From contig CAVPSB010000049.1 in NCBI GenBank assembly GCA_963708025.1, positions 1 to 64,000 on the forward strand: a DNA stretch of 64,000 nt, given 5' to 3'. The notes beneath the pieces were generated by a model, which saw nothing but the letters and a program-made list of their open reading frames with translations, searched no databases and was not told the origin of the DNA. The position numbers and the translations under genes are program-made. Below, piece after piece: positions 41,010 to 50,365 of this stretch (positions are counted from its first letter, which is position 1; every line of letters begins with the position of its first letter). This stretch comes from an uncultured Candidatus Rokubacteria bacterium. Its GTDB lineage: Bacteria; Methylomirabilota; Methylomirabilia; Rokubacteriales; DASRDR01.

Positions 41010-41302
41010 GATCGCCCGATGGCAGGAGCGCCGCCGGCCAGGGCCGGGATGATCGACACCTCGTCCCCCGCCCCGAGCGCGGTGGCCTGCCCCTGGAGCC
41101 GGCTGATCTCGTCGCCGTTCACGTAGACGTTGACGTGGTGATGGACCTCGCCGGCGTCGTTGCGGACCAGCCCGCGGAGCCCCTCGAAGCGACGCTCCAG
41201 GGTGTCGAGCAGCTCCTTCACGTCGGACGCGTCGAGCTCGACGCGATCCTGGTTGCCGGTGGCCCGCCGGAACGGTGTCGGAATGTACACGCTGACCGCC
41301 AT
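41006..41302 (-). CDS. MoaD/ThiS/CysO-family sulfur carrier protein
   Basis: YIPTPFR, VNVYVNG, SIIPALAGG plus a 7-aa tail. Confidence 0.92.
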   Translation of the reverse strand: MAVSVYIPTPFRRATGNQDRVELDASDVKELLDTLERRFEGLRGLVRNDAGEVHHHVNVYVNGDEISRLQGQATALGAGDEVSIIPALAGGAPAIGRS

Positions 41303-41306
41303 GCCC

Positions 41307-42287
41307 CTACTCTCCTCCGAGGTTGACGCTCAGGTAGCGCTCGCCGGTGTCCGGGAGGACGGTGACCACCACGCGGTCCCGGCCCAGGCGCTCGGCCACC
41401 CCGACGGCCGCCCAGACGTTGGCCCCGGCCGACACCCCGACCAGGAGTCCCTCCTCGCGGGTCAGCCGGAGCGCGGTGGCCAGCGCGTCCTCGTCCCGGA
41501 CCGGCACGATCTCGTCCACCACCGCCCGGTTGAAGACCCCCGGCACGAACGAGGCGCCGATCCCCTGGATCGCGTGCACGCCGAACTTCCCTCCGGCGAG
41601 CACCGGCGAGCGGGCCGGCTCGACCGCGACGATCCGGACGCCGCCGACCTTCTCCCGGAGCACTTCGCCGACGCCGGTGATCGTGCCGCCGGTCCCCACA
41701 CCCGCGACGAACGCGTCGAGCCGTCCCCCGGTCGCCTCCAGGATCTCGAGGGCCGTGGTCCGGCGATGGACCTCGGGGTTCGCGGGATTCTGGAACTGCT
41801 GGGGCATGAAGTAGTCGGGATGGGCGCGGCACAGCTCCTGGGCGGCGTGAACGGCCCCCGTCATCCCCTCGATGGCCGGCGTCAGGTGGATCTCGGCGCC
41901 GAAGCGGGCCAGCAGGCGCCGGCGCTCCTCGCTCATGTCGTCCGGCATCGTGAGGATGAGGCGATACCCCTTGACCGCCGCCACCATCGCCAGGCCGATC
42001 CCGGTGTTGCCGCTGGTCGGCTCGACCACGGTCGCCCCCGGCTCGAGCAGGCCGCGCCGCTCGGCGTCCTCGATCATCGCCAGCGCGATGCGGTCCTTGA
42101 TGCTGCCGCCCGGGTTCGCCGCCTCCAGCTTGGCCAGCACCGTCGCGCCCCCCGGCTTCGGCAGCCGGCGGAGGCGCACCAGGGGGGTGGCGCCGACCAG
42201 GTCGAGGACGCTGTCGGCGATCCGCGGTCGCCCGCGCGGCGCCGCCGCCTTCGTGCCCCCCGTCTCGCGTGTCCCCACCGCTCGCAC
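41307..42287 (-). CDS. cysK: Cysteine synthase
   Basis: NPGGSIKDR, EPTSGNTG, GVGTGGT, IQGIG. Confidence 0.93.
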   Translation of the reverse strand: MRAVGTRETGGTKAAAPRGRPRIADSVLDLVGATPLVRLRRLPKPGGATVLAKLEAANPGGSIKDRIALAMIEDAERRGLLEPGATVVEPTSGNTGIGLAMVAAVKGYRLILTMPDDMSEERRRLLARFGAEIHLTPAIEGMTGAVHAAQELCRAHPDYFMPQQFQNPANPEVHRRTTALEILEATGGRLDAFVAGVGTGGTITGVGEVLREKVGGVRIVAVEPARSPVLAGGKFGVHAIQGIGASFVPGVFNRAVVDEIVPVRDEDALATALRLTREEGLLVGVSAGANVWAAVGVAERLGRDRVVVTVLPDTGERYLSVNLGGE

Positions 42288-42385
42288 CGCCTTCCTCAGT
42301 TCGGGACCTCCCGCCCACCCCCCAACCCCCCTCCCCCACCCACTGGGGGGAGGGGGGGCCGGAGGCCCCAATTCTTCACACGCTC

Positions 42386-42838
42386 TCAGATGTGGTACAT
42401 GGAGCGGCTCGGAGATCGGCGCGCGGCAGCCCGCTCGGCCAGGTCGCCGAACGTCGTCCGGTCGATGACGCCGGCGACGGCGTCGGCCACCTCCCGCCAC
42501 AGGTCGGCCAGGTCCCGCGCGGCATCGCGCCGGTCCCGGGGCCGCCGCCCCGCCACCTCCACGGGGGTCAGGCTGCCCTCCACCACCCGGAGCACATCAC
42601 CGACCGACACTTCGCCCGGGTCGCGGACCAGGTGATAACCACCCGCCGAGCCGCGCTTGGAGGCCAGGAAGCCCGCCCGCTTGAGCGCCAGCAGCACCTG
42701 CTCGAGGTACCGCTGAGGGATGCCCTGGCGTCGCGCGACGTCCTGGATCGGGACGAGGGCCTGCCCGCCCTCCTGATACCTCAGGGCGAGGTCCAGCATC
42801 GCGCGGATGGCATACTCCCCCTTGGCGGAAACTCGCAT
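42386..42838 (-). CDS. Rrf2 family regulator (CymR-like, no Fe-S Cys)
   Basis: KGEYAIRAM, YLEQ, SKRGSAGGY, MYHI. Confidence 0.92.
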   Translation of the reverse strand: MRVSAKGEYAIRAMLDLALRYQEGGQALVPIQDVARRQGIPQRYLEQVLLALKRAGFLASKRGSAGGYHLVRDPGEVSVGDVLRVVEGSLTPVEVAGRRPRDRRDAARDLADLWREVADAVAGVIDRTTFGDLAERAAARRSPSRSMYHI

Positions 42839-42937
42839 ATTCGGTCGAGAAGGTACTGTACACGCCGCCTCGCGGACCCGTCAAGCAACCGTCAGGAAGC
42901 AACCGTCAGGAAGAGCGCATGGATCGGCCCGAGCCGC

Positions 42938-43819
42938 TCAGTCGCGGCGGAGGCGCGGGTTCAGCTGGTCTTGCAGCCCGTCGCCGAGGAAGTTGAAGCC
43001 GAGGACCACGGACAGGATCGCCAGGCCGGGAAACGTCGCCACCCACCAGTACTCGAACTTGGCCTGGCCGGCGGCGATCATGGCGCCCCACTCCGGGGCG
43101 GGCGGGACGGCGCCGAGCCCGATGAAGGACAGCGCCGCGGTGAGGATGATCGCGTTCCCGACGTCGAGCGTGGCCTTGACGACGATCGGCGGAAACGCGT
43201 TCGGCAGCACGTGGGCCAGCAGGATCCGGCCGGCCGGCAGTCCGAGGGCGCGCGCGGCCACGACGTACTCGTTCGACGCCACCGCCAGCACCTGCCCCCG
43301 CATGAGACGGCTGAACTCGGGCCACGAGACCAGCACGATGGCCAGCATGGCGTTCCGGAGCCCGGCGCCGAGGGCGGCGGTGATCGCCATGGCCAGGAGG
43401 ATCGACGGGAAGGCCAGCACCACGTCCACGACCCGCATGAGGACCTCGTCGAGGCGCCCGCCGGCGTAGCCGGCCACCGCGCCGACGGCCGTGCCGACGA
43501 CGCTCGCGACCAGGATGACGGCGACCGCGATCGGCATCGTGATGCGCGCCCCGTAGAGGACGCGCGAGAGGTTGTCGCGTCCGGCCTCGTCGGTACCGAA
43601 GGGATGCCCCACGCTCGGCGGCTCGAGTCGATTCATGACGTCGAGGTCGAGCGGACTGTAGGGAGCGAGGACCGGTGCCAGGACGGCGACCGCGCTCCAG
43701 ACCCCCACGATCAGCGCCCCGGCCAGCAGCGCCGCGTTCCGGCGCCGGCGGCCCTTCCCTGCCGCCGGGATCGCCTCCAGCGACGCCGGAACCGCCAGCG
43801 ACGCCGCGCGGCCCCTCAT
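42938..43819 (-). CDS. Peptide/nickel ABC transporter permease (DppC-like)
   Basis: HPFGTD..GRD, LSFIGLG..PEWG, NFLGDGL. Confidence 0.93.
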   Translation of the reverse strand: MRGRAASLAVPASLEAIPAAGKGRRRRNAALLAGALIVGVWSAVAVLAPVLAPYSPLDLDVMNRLEPPSVGHPFGTDEAGRDNLSRVLYGARITMPIAVAVILVASVVGTAVGAVAGYAGGRLDEVLMRVVDVVLAFPSILLAMAITAALGAGLRNAMLAIVLVSWPEFSRLMRGQVLAVASNEYVVAARALGLPAGRILLAHVLPNAFPPIVVKATLDVGNAIILTAALSFIGLGAVPPAPEWGAMIAAGQAKFEYWWVATFPGLAILSVVLGFNFLGDGLQDQLNPRLRRD

Positions 43820-43866
43820 CGGTCCACCTCGGCGCCAAAGTTGGCCGGCACGCTGAGCGTGGGGGC

Positions 43867-44001
43867 GGGTCGAGACCCGAGCAGCCCCCGCAGGCCGAAG
43901 GCCGTCCGATTGACGCAGGGAGTCGCCGACCGCAGGCGTACTCCGGGTACGCCGAGGATCGGCGACGACCGAGGACGACGGGATGCGACGGGTATCGGGC
44001 C
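43867..44001 (+). repeat. Intergenic repeat family A copy between the permease genes
   Basis: Same termini and core as 29789-29904. Confidence 0.9.
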
Positions 44002-44006
44002 GGGGC

Positions 44007-45023
44007 TCATCGCACCCGGATCCGCGGGTCGAGCACCCCGTAGAGGACGTCGACGACCAGGTTCACGGTGAGGTAGATCACGGCGGTCAGCATCGTGACG
44101 CCGAGGATCGCCGGGTAGTCGAGCCGGGTGGACGCCGTGACGGCGTAGCGCCCGATGCCCGGCCAGGCGAACACGGTCTCGGTGAGGACGGCGCCCGACA
44201 GCAGGCTGGCGAAGTTCAGCCCGATGATCGTGACCAGGGGGATCATCGCGTTCCGCAGGGCGTGGAGCCCGACGACCGGTCCCTCCCCGAGGCCCTTGGC
44301 GCGCGCCGTCCGCACGTAGTCGGCGGCGAGCACCTCGAGCAGGGCGGAGCGGGTCGTGCGCGACACGATGCCCATGATGAACCAGCCGAGGACGAGCGCC
44401 GGCAGGACGATGTGCTGGAGCGCCGAGGCGAAGACGTCCGGCTTGCGTGCCAGCAGGCTGTCGACGAGCAGGAAGCCCGTGACCGCCGGCGGGTACGTGA
44501 GGTAGGTGTCGATCCGGCCGGGTCCGGGGGCCCACTCGAGGATGTAGTAGAAGACGTAGAGGGCGATGAGGCCGGTCCAGAAGATGGGCGAGGCGGACCC
44601 GGTCAGCGCGATGACCCGGGTGGCGTGATCGGGTCCGCGGTTGTGCCGGACGGCGGCCCAGATCCCGAGCGGCACCCCGAAGACCAGGCTGACCAGGAGC
44701 GCCGCCAGCGACAGCTCGATGGTGGCCGGGGCGAACTGCGCGAGGTCCCGCAGCACCGGGCGCCGGGTCGTGAACGATTCGCCGAGGTCGCCGCGAGACA
44801 CGTTGGCGAGGTAGGCCAGGAACTGCTCGGGCAGCGAGCGGTCCAGCCCCCAGCGCTTGACGTAGGCGGCGCGGATCGATGGGTCCTTCGTCGCCTGGTC
44901 GCTCAGGACGGTCGCGAGCGGATCGGCCGGGACCATGTGGGCCACCAGGAAGGCGACCAGCACCACCCCGAACAGGGCGATGACGGCCAGGACGAGCCGC
45001 CGCGCGAGGTAGGTGAGCAGCAT
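44007..45023 (-). CDS. Peptide/nickel ABC transporter permease (DppB-like)
   Basis: GDLGES, DYVRTARAKG, ETVFAWPGIG, LDPRI. Confidence 0.93.
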   Translation of the reverse strand: MLLTYLARRLVLAVIALFGVVLVAFLVAHMVPADPLATVLSDQATKDPSIRAAYVKRWGLDRSLPEQFLAYLANVSRGDLGESFTTRRPVLRDLAQFAPATIELSLAALLVSLVFGVPLGIWAAVRHNRGPDHATRVIALTGSASPIFWTGLIALYVFYYILEWAPGPGRIDTYLTYPPAVTGFLLVDSLLARKPDVFASALQHIVLPALVLGWFIMGIVSRTTRSALLEVLAADYVRTARAKGLGEGPVVGLHALRNAMIPLVTIIGLNFASLLSGAVLTETVFAWPGIGRYAVTASTRLDYPAILGVTMLTAVIYLTVNLVVDVLYGVLDPRIRVR

Positions 45024-45081
45024 CGGAGGGTCGAGGGCGCCGCCGCCGGGGGCGGCGCCCTCCGGTTAACCAGTCAGCCGG

Positions 45082-46692
45082 TCAGCGGCTCAGCTTGGCC
45101 AGGGTGACGAACCAGATGGGATGGATCGCGTAGCCCTTGATCGCCGGGGTCAGCCCCACATAGGACTTCTGCTGGATCAGGATGATGAAGGGCACGTCCT
45201 CCATGACGATCTTGGTGATTTCCTTGTACGCGGCCTCGCGCTTCTTCGGGTCCTGCTCCTTCTTGGCGGTGGCGATCAGGTCCACCACTTTCGGGTTGTC
45301 GTACGCCACCCGCTTGGCCGCCGCCCCGCCCTTCTTGTAGAAGGCGTCCGCCCACGGGTCCGGATCCAGGTAGTCCGGCGTCCAGGAGGCCAGCATCAGC
45401 TGCGGCTTCCCGGCCCGGTACTCGGCGATCATCACCGAGCGCTCCTTTGGCTCGAGAGTGACCTTGATGCCGGCGGCAGCCAGATCCTGCTGGAGCTTGG
45501 CGGCCAGCGGCTCGGTCGGCACGTTGAGCAGCGGCGACGTCCAGTAGTTCATCTTGACGGTGAAGCCGTTGGGCAAGCCGGCGTCGGCCAGGAGCTGCTT
45601 GGCTCTGGCCACGTCGCGCTTCCGCACCATGCTCCTGTCCACGCCCAGGATGCCGAGCGGGATCATCGCAGGCGGCTGCTCCCCGGTCCCGCGGATCAGG
45701 CCCTTGATGATGCCGTCATAGTCGATGGCGTACGAGACCGCCTGGCGGACCCGCTTGTCGGCGAGCTCCTTCGACACTTCGGCGCTCGTGTTGACGGCCA
45801 TGTACACCTGGTTCATGGACAGCCCGGAGACCAGCTTGATCTTCGGGCCCTCCTTGAGCTTGGCGACGATGTCCGGGTCGAAGTCGTGGGCGACGTCGGC
45901 GTCGCCACGCTCCACCATCTCACGCTGGGTGGTACCGTCCTTGATGTGGCGGAAGACGATCCTCGCGAAGAAGGGCTTGGGACCCCAGTGGGTCGGGTTC
46001 CGCTCGAGAACGGCCTCCTCCTTGTTCTTGAACGAGACCAGCCGGTACGGCCCCGAGCCCGCCGAGTTGTTGTTGAGCCACTCGGTCGCCTTGTCCTTGT
46101 CCTTGGCATCCTCGGCGTCGGTCCCTCCCTGCGCCATCACCGTCTTCGAGTCGATGATCCCGGTGGGAACGGCGGCCAGCATCGCCAGGAAGCCGGCGTC
46201 GGCGGCCGTGAGGACGACCTTGACGGTGGTGTCGTTCACGACCTCGACGTCCTTGACCCCCTCCATGAAGAACGACGGGTTGTCCTTCAGGTGCTTGAGC
46301 CGGCGGAACGAGAAGCGCACGTCGGCGGCCGTCAGCGGGTTGCCGGAGGCGAACTTCACGCCCGGCCGGAGGTTGAAGGTGTACGTCAGCCCGTCCTTGG
46401 AGACCTCCCACTTCGTCGCGAGCTTCGGCTGGATCTTGGTGAAGTCCGGCGCCTCCACGGTGACCAGCGTGTCGTAGGCGGACTGGTCGAGCATCTGGGA
46501 GGTGTACTCGTAGGTCCGGCTGGGGTCGTTGGTGACGTAGTCGTCGATGTCGCGGACGATGATCAGCGTCTCCTGCCGGCTCTGGGCCTGGGCGCTCCCG
46601 CCCCACAGCGAGAGCGCGCCCAGGACGGCGAGCGCCAGCGCCAGCGGACCGACGAGCCTCCGGCGTGACCGGGTCAACGGGAACTTCGGCAT
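45082..46692 (-). CDS. Peptide ABC transporter substrate-binding protein (family 5)
   Basis: LATKWEVSKDGLTYTFNLRPGVKF, GSGPY, RVRQAVSYAID. Confidence 0.93.
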   Translation of the reverse strand: MPKFPLTRSRRRLVGPLALALAVLGALSLWGGSAQAQSRQETLIIVRDIDDYVTNDPSRTYEYTSQMLDQSAYDTLVTVEAPDFTKIQPKLATKWEVSKDGLTYTFNLRPGVKFASGNPLTAADVRFSFRRLKHLKDNPSFFMEGVKDVEVVNDTTVKVVLTAADAGFLAMLAAVPTGIIDSKTVMAQGGTDAEDAKDKDKATEWLNNNSAGSGPYRLVSFKNKEEAVLERNPTHWGPKPFFARIVFRHIKDGTTQREMVERGDADVAHDFDPDIVAKLKEGPKIKLVSGLSMNQVYMAVNTSAEVSKELADKRVRQAVSYAIDYDGIIKGLIRGTGEQPPAMIPLGILGVDRSMVRKRDVARAKQLLADAGLPNGFTVKMNYWTSPLLNVPTEPLAAKLQQDLAAAGIKVTLEPKERSVMIAEYRAGKPQLMLASWTPDYLDPDPWADAFYKKGGAAAKRVAYDNPKVVDLIATAKKEQDPKKREAAYKEITKIVMEDVPFIILIQQKSYVGLTPAIKGYAIHPIWFVTLAKLSR

Positions 46693-46899
46693 CGGCGTGC
46701 CCTCCTGTCGGTGATGTGTGCGTCGGGGGTTACCGCGTGAAGCGGACGACCGGCGTCCCGGCGAAGGCGACGTCGGCGATCGCCCGAATCCGCCCGACCC
46801 GCTCCGGCGCCCATAGTAGCACCACGGCGGTAGCGCTGTCCCGGCGCCCCCCGCCGGGACTTGCGGCCCGCGGCGGAGGCGCCGTACCGTAGCCGCGGG

Positions 46900-47931
46900 A
46901 TGCGGCGACCCAGGGATCGCGACTTCGTCGAGACCGCCGAGGGGCTGTTCTTCTGCCTCGTCGGCTATCTGCATCCTCCGGACCGCTATGCGGCCTACCT
47001 CAAGTACGTCCCGGCGGCCACCGGCAAGTGGTCCCGGGGGGCGACCTCCTACCACCGGGAGCTCCCCTACTACCACGTTCGCCACGTCGCCCGCACGATC
47101 GAGTTCCTGCGGGAGCACCATCCCCGCTACGTCTGGCGGGATCCCACCAGCGACCTGACGTTCTCCTTCGTGCCCCGGGAGGCGGTGGCCACTTACTATC
47201 GTCCCGAGGATCGGCTGGCCGAGATCCTCGAGGCCCCCCGGGATCGCCTCGAGGAGGAGGTGGCCGCGCTCGTGGGCCTCCTCACGCGGGCCGCCGGGCT
47301 CCCGCCGTCCGCCTTCGGCATCACGGGCTCCGTGCTCCTCCGGCTCCACAACCCAACGTTCTCGGACATCGATCTGCTGGTCTACGGCGCGGAGAACACC
47401 GCCCGGGTCAGGGCCGCGGTCGACACGCTGAGGGGCGGCGGCATCGAGGCGCTGCCCGCCGAGCGGCGGGCGCAGTGGCGGGGCGAGATTGCCGAGCGCT
47501 TCGGCCTGCCGGCGGACGACGTCGCGTATCTCGAGACGCGGCGGTGGAACTACTTCCTGGTCCAGGACCGCTACGTGTCCATCCACCCCACCCGGACCGA
47601 CGCCGAGATCCGGGAGGAATACGGCCGCGAGCAGTACCGACCCCGGGGCAGCGCGACCATCGAGGCGACCGTCACCGACGCGACCGAGTCGATCTTCCTG
47701 CCCGCCGTCTATCGCGTCGCCGGGGCGGAGTCCGGCGGCGGGCCGGCGCCCGTGGCGGAAGTCGTCTCCTTCGAGGGACTCTACGGTCAGCTCGCCGATC
47801 GGGGCGACCGCATCCTGGCCTCCGGCCAGCTCGAGGAGCGCCAGGACGGCGCCTGCCGGCTCGTCGTGGGCTCCGCGGGCCCCCGCGACGGCGGCTTCAT
47901 CCGCGTCCTCTCCCACCCACCCTCGCCCTGA
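46900..47931 (+). CDS. Predicted nucleotidyltransferase (pol-beta superfamily, COG1665-like)
   Basis: RDRDFVET..VGYLHP, GITGS..SDIDLLVYG. Confidence 0.75.
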   Translation: MRRPRDRDFVETAEGLFFCLVGYLHPPDRYAAYLKYVPAATGKWSRGATSYHRELPYYHVRHVARTIEFLREHHPRYVWRDPTSDLTFSFVPREAVATYYRPEDRLAEILEAPRDRLEEEVAALVGLLTRAAGLPPSAFGITGSVLLRLHNPTFSDIDLLVYGAENTARVRAAVDTLRGGGIEALPAERRAQWRGEIAERFGLPADDVAYLETRRWNYFLVQDRYVSIHPTRTDAEIREEYGREQYRPRGSATIEATVTDATESIFLPAVYRVAGAESGGGPAPVAEVVSFEGLYGQLADRGDRILASGQLEERQDGACRLVVGSAGPRDGGFIRVLSHPPSP

Positions 47932-47954
47932 CCCCGCACCCCGGTCGTCCACCA

Positions 47955-48165
47955 GGCCGAGACCCGAGCAGCCCCCGCAGGCCGAAGGCCGTCCGCCAAA
48001 GGCCGAAGGCCGTTCAATCGACGCAGGGTGGCCGCCCACCGGAGGCGTACGCCCTGGTACGTCGAGGATGGGCGCCGCCCGAGGACGACCGTAGGTCGGG
48101 ACGGACGGGAGGCCCCGGGCCGAGCGCGTCCCGACCGAGATGAAGATCGCGACGGGTATCGGCCC
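47955..48165 (+). repeat. Intergenic repeat family A, long copy
   Basis: Near-identical to 35557-35768. Confidence 0.9.
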
Positions 48166-48170
48166 GGTGG

Positions 48171-49505
48171 TCAGGCGCCGAACATCTCCCGCAGGAGCCG
48201 CGCCTCCCACTCCTCCCGCAAGCGGAGATTCCGGACCGACGCCTCGTTGTCCGCGCTGCCGGCGACCTTCACCTGCGGGACCCCGGCCTCGTCCTTCTCG
48301 AAGTACCAGTCCATCCCGAGCCGGAGAGCCCGGTCCGTCGCCACCATCGGGAAGCAGACGTTGTGGGGGGCGCCCGGATGGGGGCCGCCGTCGCCGACCC
48401 GGGCGTCCAGGGCCCGGGCGATGTGATGACCGGCGATGCGTCCCGACATCGCCGCGGTGTGGGCGGTCTTCGCGTAGGGGGTGTCGGCGGTGTCGCCCAG
48501 GGCGTAGATCCGCTCGTCCCGGGGACTGCGGAACGTGCGGGGGTCCACGTCGACCAGGACCTCCCCCAGCTCGGCCTCGGCGACGAAGGGCACCGCCGTG
48601 TTGGGGGGCACGACGCTGAGCAGGTCGAAGCCGAGCTTACCCGCCTCGGTCTCGACGATCCGGGCCCCGGGGTCCACGGCCAGCACGCGCGTGAACGGCT
48701 CGTAGGCGAGCACCGCCTTGTGAGCCTCGATCGCCCGGAGCAGGCCGGGAGCCAGCGCCACCGGCGGCCTCGAGCGCGACTCGACCAGCGTCACCCTCCC
48801 CTTGAGGCGCCGCCGCCTCAGGTGCTCCGCCCACAGGAGCGCGTACTCGTACGGCGCCGGCGCGCACTTGTAGAGGCTCTGCGGCGTGCTCACGACGACG
48901 TGACCGCCCCGGAAGGCGCCGATCCGGCGGCGCAGCTCGAGCAGGGGCGCGCCCATGTCGTAGGGGCAGAGGTTGACGTCGGGGCGCTCAGCGAGACCGG
49001 GCACGTCCTCGTAGGCCAGGCGCAGGCCCGTGGCCAGCAGGAGCTGGTCGTAGTCCAGGCGCCCGTCGGTCGTGACGAGCTGCCGCCGGTCGCGCTCCAC
49101 CGCCACCACGGTCGTGTGGACGATGCGCAGGCCGGCGGCCTCGATCCCGCCGTATCCCCGCACGATCCGGTCCAGGGGGATCAGCCCGAAGAGGTACTGG
49201 AGGGCGGCCGGCGCGAACACGAAGTAGGAGGCCTGCTCCAGCAGGACGACGTCGGCGTCGGGGACGAGCCGCTTGACCGTGAGGGCCGCGGTGATGCCGC
49301 CGAAGGACGCTCCCACCACGACCAGCCGGCGACCCCGGGAGCGTCCCAGGAGATCGGGCCGGCTCCCGGCCGCGGCACGCCCGGACCCCAGCGCGCCCAG
49401 CGCGACCGCGCCGGCGGTCAGAAGCGCGCGCCGGGTGAGCCCGACCGGATCGGCCGGGCCCCCCGGCGCTGGCGAGGCGATCGGCGGCGGGGCGGCGCCG
49501 CTTAC
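48171..49505 (-). CDS. Second FCSD-type flavoprotein (start uncertain)
   Basis: TRRALL, GASFGG, YKCAPAPYE, NVCF, C-terminal REMFGA shared with 29910-31193. Confidence 0.85.
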   Translation of the reverse strand, partial: VSGAAPPPIASPAPGGPADPVGLTRRALLTAGAVALGALGSGRAAAGSRPDLLGRSRGRRLVVVGASFGGITAALTVKRLVPDADVVLLEQASYFVFAPAALQYLFGLIPLDRIVRGYGGIEAAGLRIVHTTVVAVERDRRQLVTTDGRLDYDQLLLATGLRLAYEDVPGLAERPDVNLCPYDMGAPLLELRRRIGAFRGGHVVVSTPQSLYKCAPAPYEYALLWAEHLRRRRLKGRVTLVESRSRPPVALAPGLLRAIEAHKAVLAYEPFTRVLAVDPGARIVETEAGKLGFDLLSVVPPNTAVPFVAEAELGEVLVDVDPRTFRSPRDERIYALGDTADTPYAKTAHTAAMSGRIAGHHIARALDARVGDGGPHPGAPHNVCFPMVATDRALRLGMDWYFEKDEAGVPQVKVAGSADNEASVRNLRLREEWEARLLREMFGA

Positions 49506-50344
49506 CGCGTCACGACCTCCAGGGACTTCGCGAAGGTCTGACCGCGGGAGTCCTTGACCTCGGCCTTCAGGGTGCCCGGGCCGGACGGGAGGAAGAAGAA
49601 GCGGAAGCTCGGATCCGAGCTGTTGGCGATCGTCGTCTCGGCGGTGAGGATCGGCTTGCCGTCGTAGGTCACGGCCACGCTGGTCACGTAGTAGGCCGAG
49701 ATCGGGTAGAGCTTGATCGGGTGCATCTGGAACCCGGTGTAGTTGGGATGGTTGACGATGAGCTGCAGGCGATTGGGCTCGTTCCGGACGACCGTGTCCG
49801 GCACCCGGATCTGCATCTGGCCGATGCGGGCCGCGGCCGCCGCGATGTCGGCGTCCAGCACCGGAAGCGCGGCGCACCCGCCGGCCGCCTTGACCATCTT
49901 CACCTGCATGTAGAGCTTGCCGTCGGCGGTCTCCGCGATGGCCCGCACCGGGCTGTGGGTGTCCACCCGCATCTCGGTCTCGAGCGTGGCGAGGCCGGTC
50001 TCGCGGGTGAGGTGGAACACCGCCGCCAGCGGCTCCGGGTTCTTGTCGATGACGACGACGATCCGCTTCACGAAGCGCTCCGGCGACTGGGGCGCCGCCG
50101 TCTTGATCGAGACCGGGACCGCGCCCGCGTCATCGGGCCGGAAGGGCACGTCGAGCTGGATGACGCCGTTCGGACCCTCATCGATGGGCCGGCTCCCGAA
50201 CAGGCTCTGCCGGAGCTGCGCCCACTGCTCGGTCTGGAGCTCGGACTGGGCCCAGGCGCTCGCCCCGAGCCCGAGGCTCGCCAGGCCGACCAGCCCCATC
50301 ACCGCCAGCTTCACGCGTGTTGCTCTCATGAGAGCCTCCTTCAC
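49502..50344 (-). CDS. SoxYZ-like fusion carrier (quinoprotein-dehydrogenase-associated type)
   Basis: W..LRQSLFG.RPI, IDKNPEP, MRVD..SPVRAIAET, KAAGGC, HPNYTGFQM. Confidence 0.85.
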   Translation of the reverse strand: MKEALMRATRVKLAVMGLVGLASLGLGASAWAQSELQTEQWAQLRQSLFGSRPIDEGPNGVIQLDVPFRPDDAGAVPVSIKTAAPQSPERFVKRIVVVIDKNPEPLAAVFHLTRETGLATLETEMRVDTHSPVRAIAETADGKLYMQVKMVKAAGGCAALPVLDADIAAAAARIGQMQIRVPDTVVRNEPNRLQLIVNHPNYTGFQMHPIKLYPISAYYVTSVAVTYDGKPILTAETTIANSSDPSFRFFFLPSGPGTLKAEVKDSRGQTFAKSLEVVTR

Positions 50345-50365
50345 CGAACGATCGGTGGTCTTACG

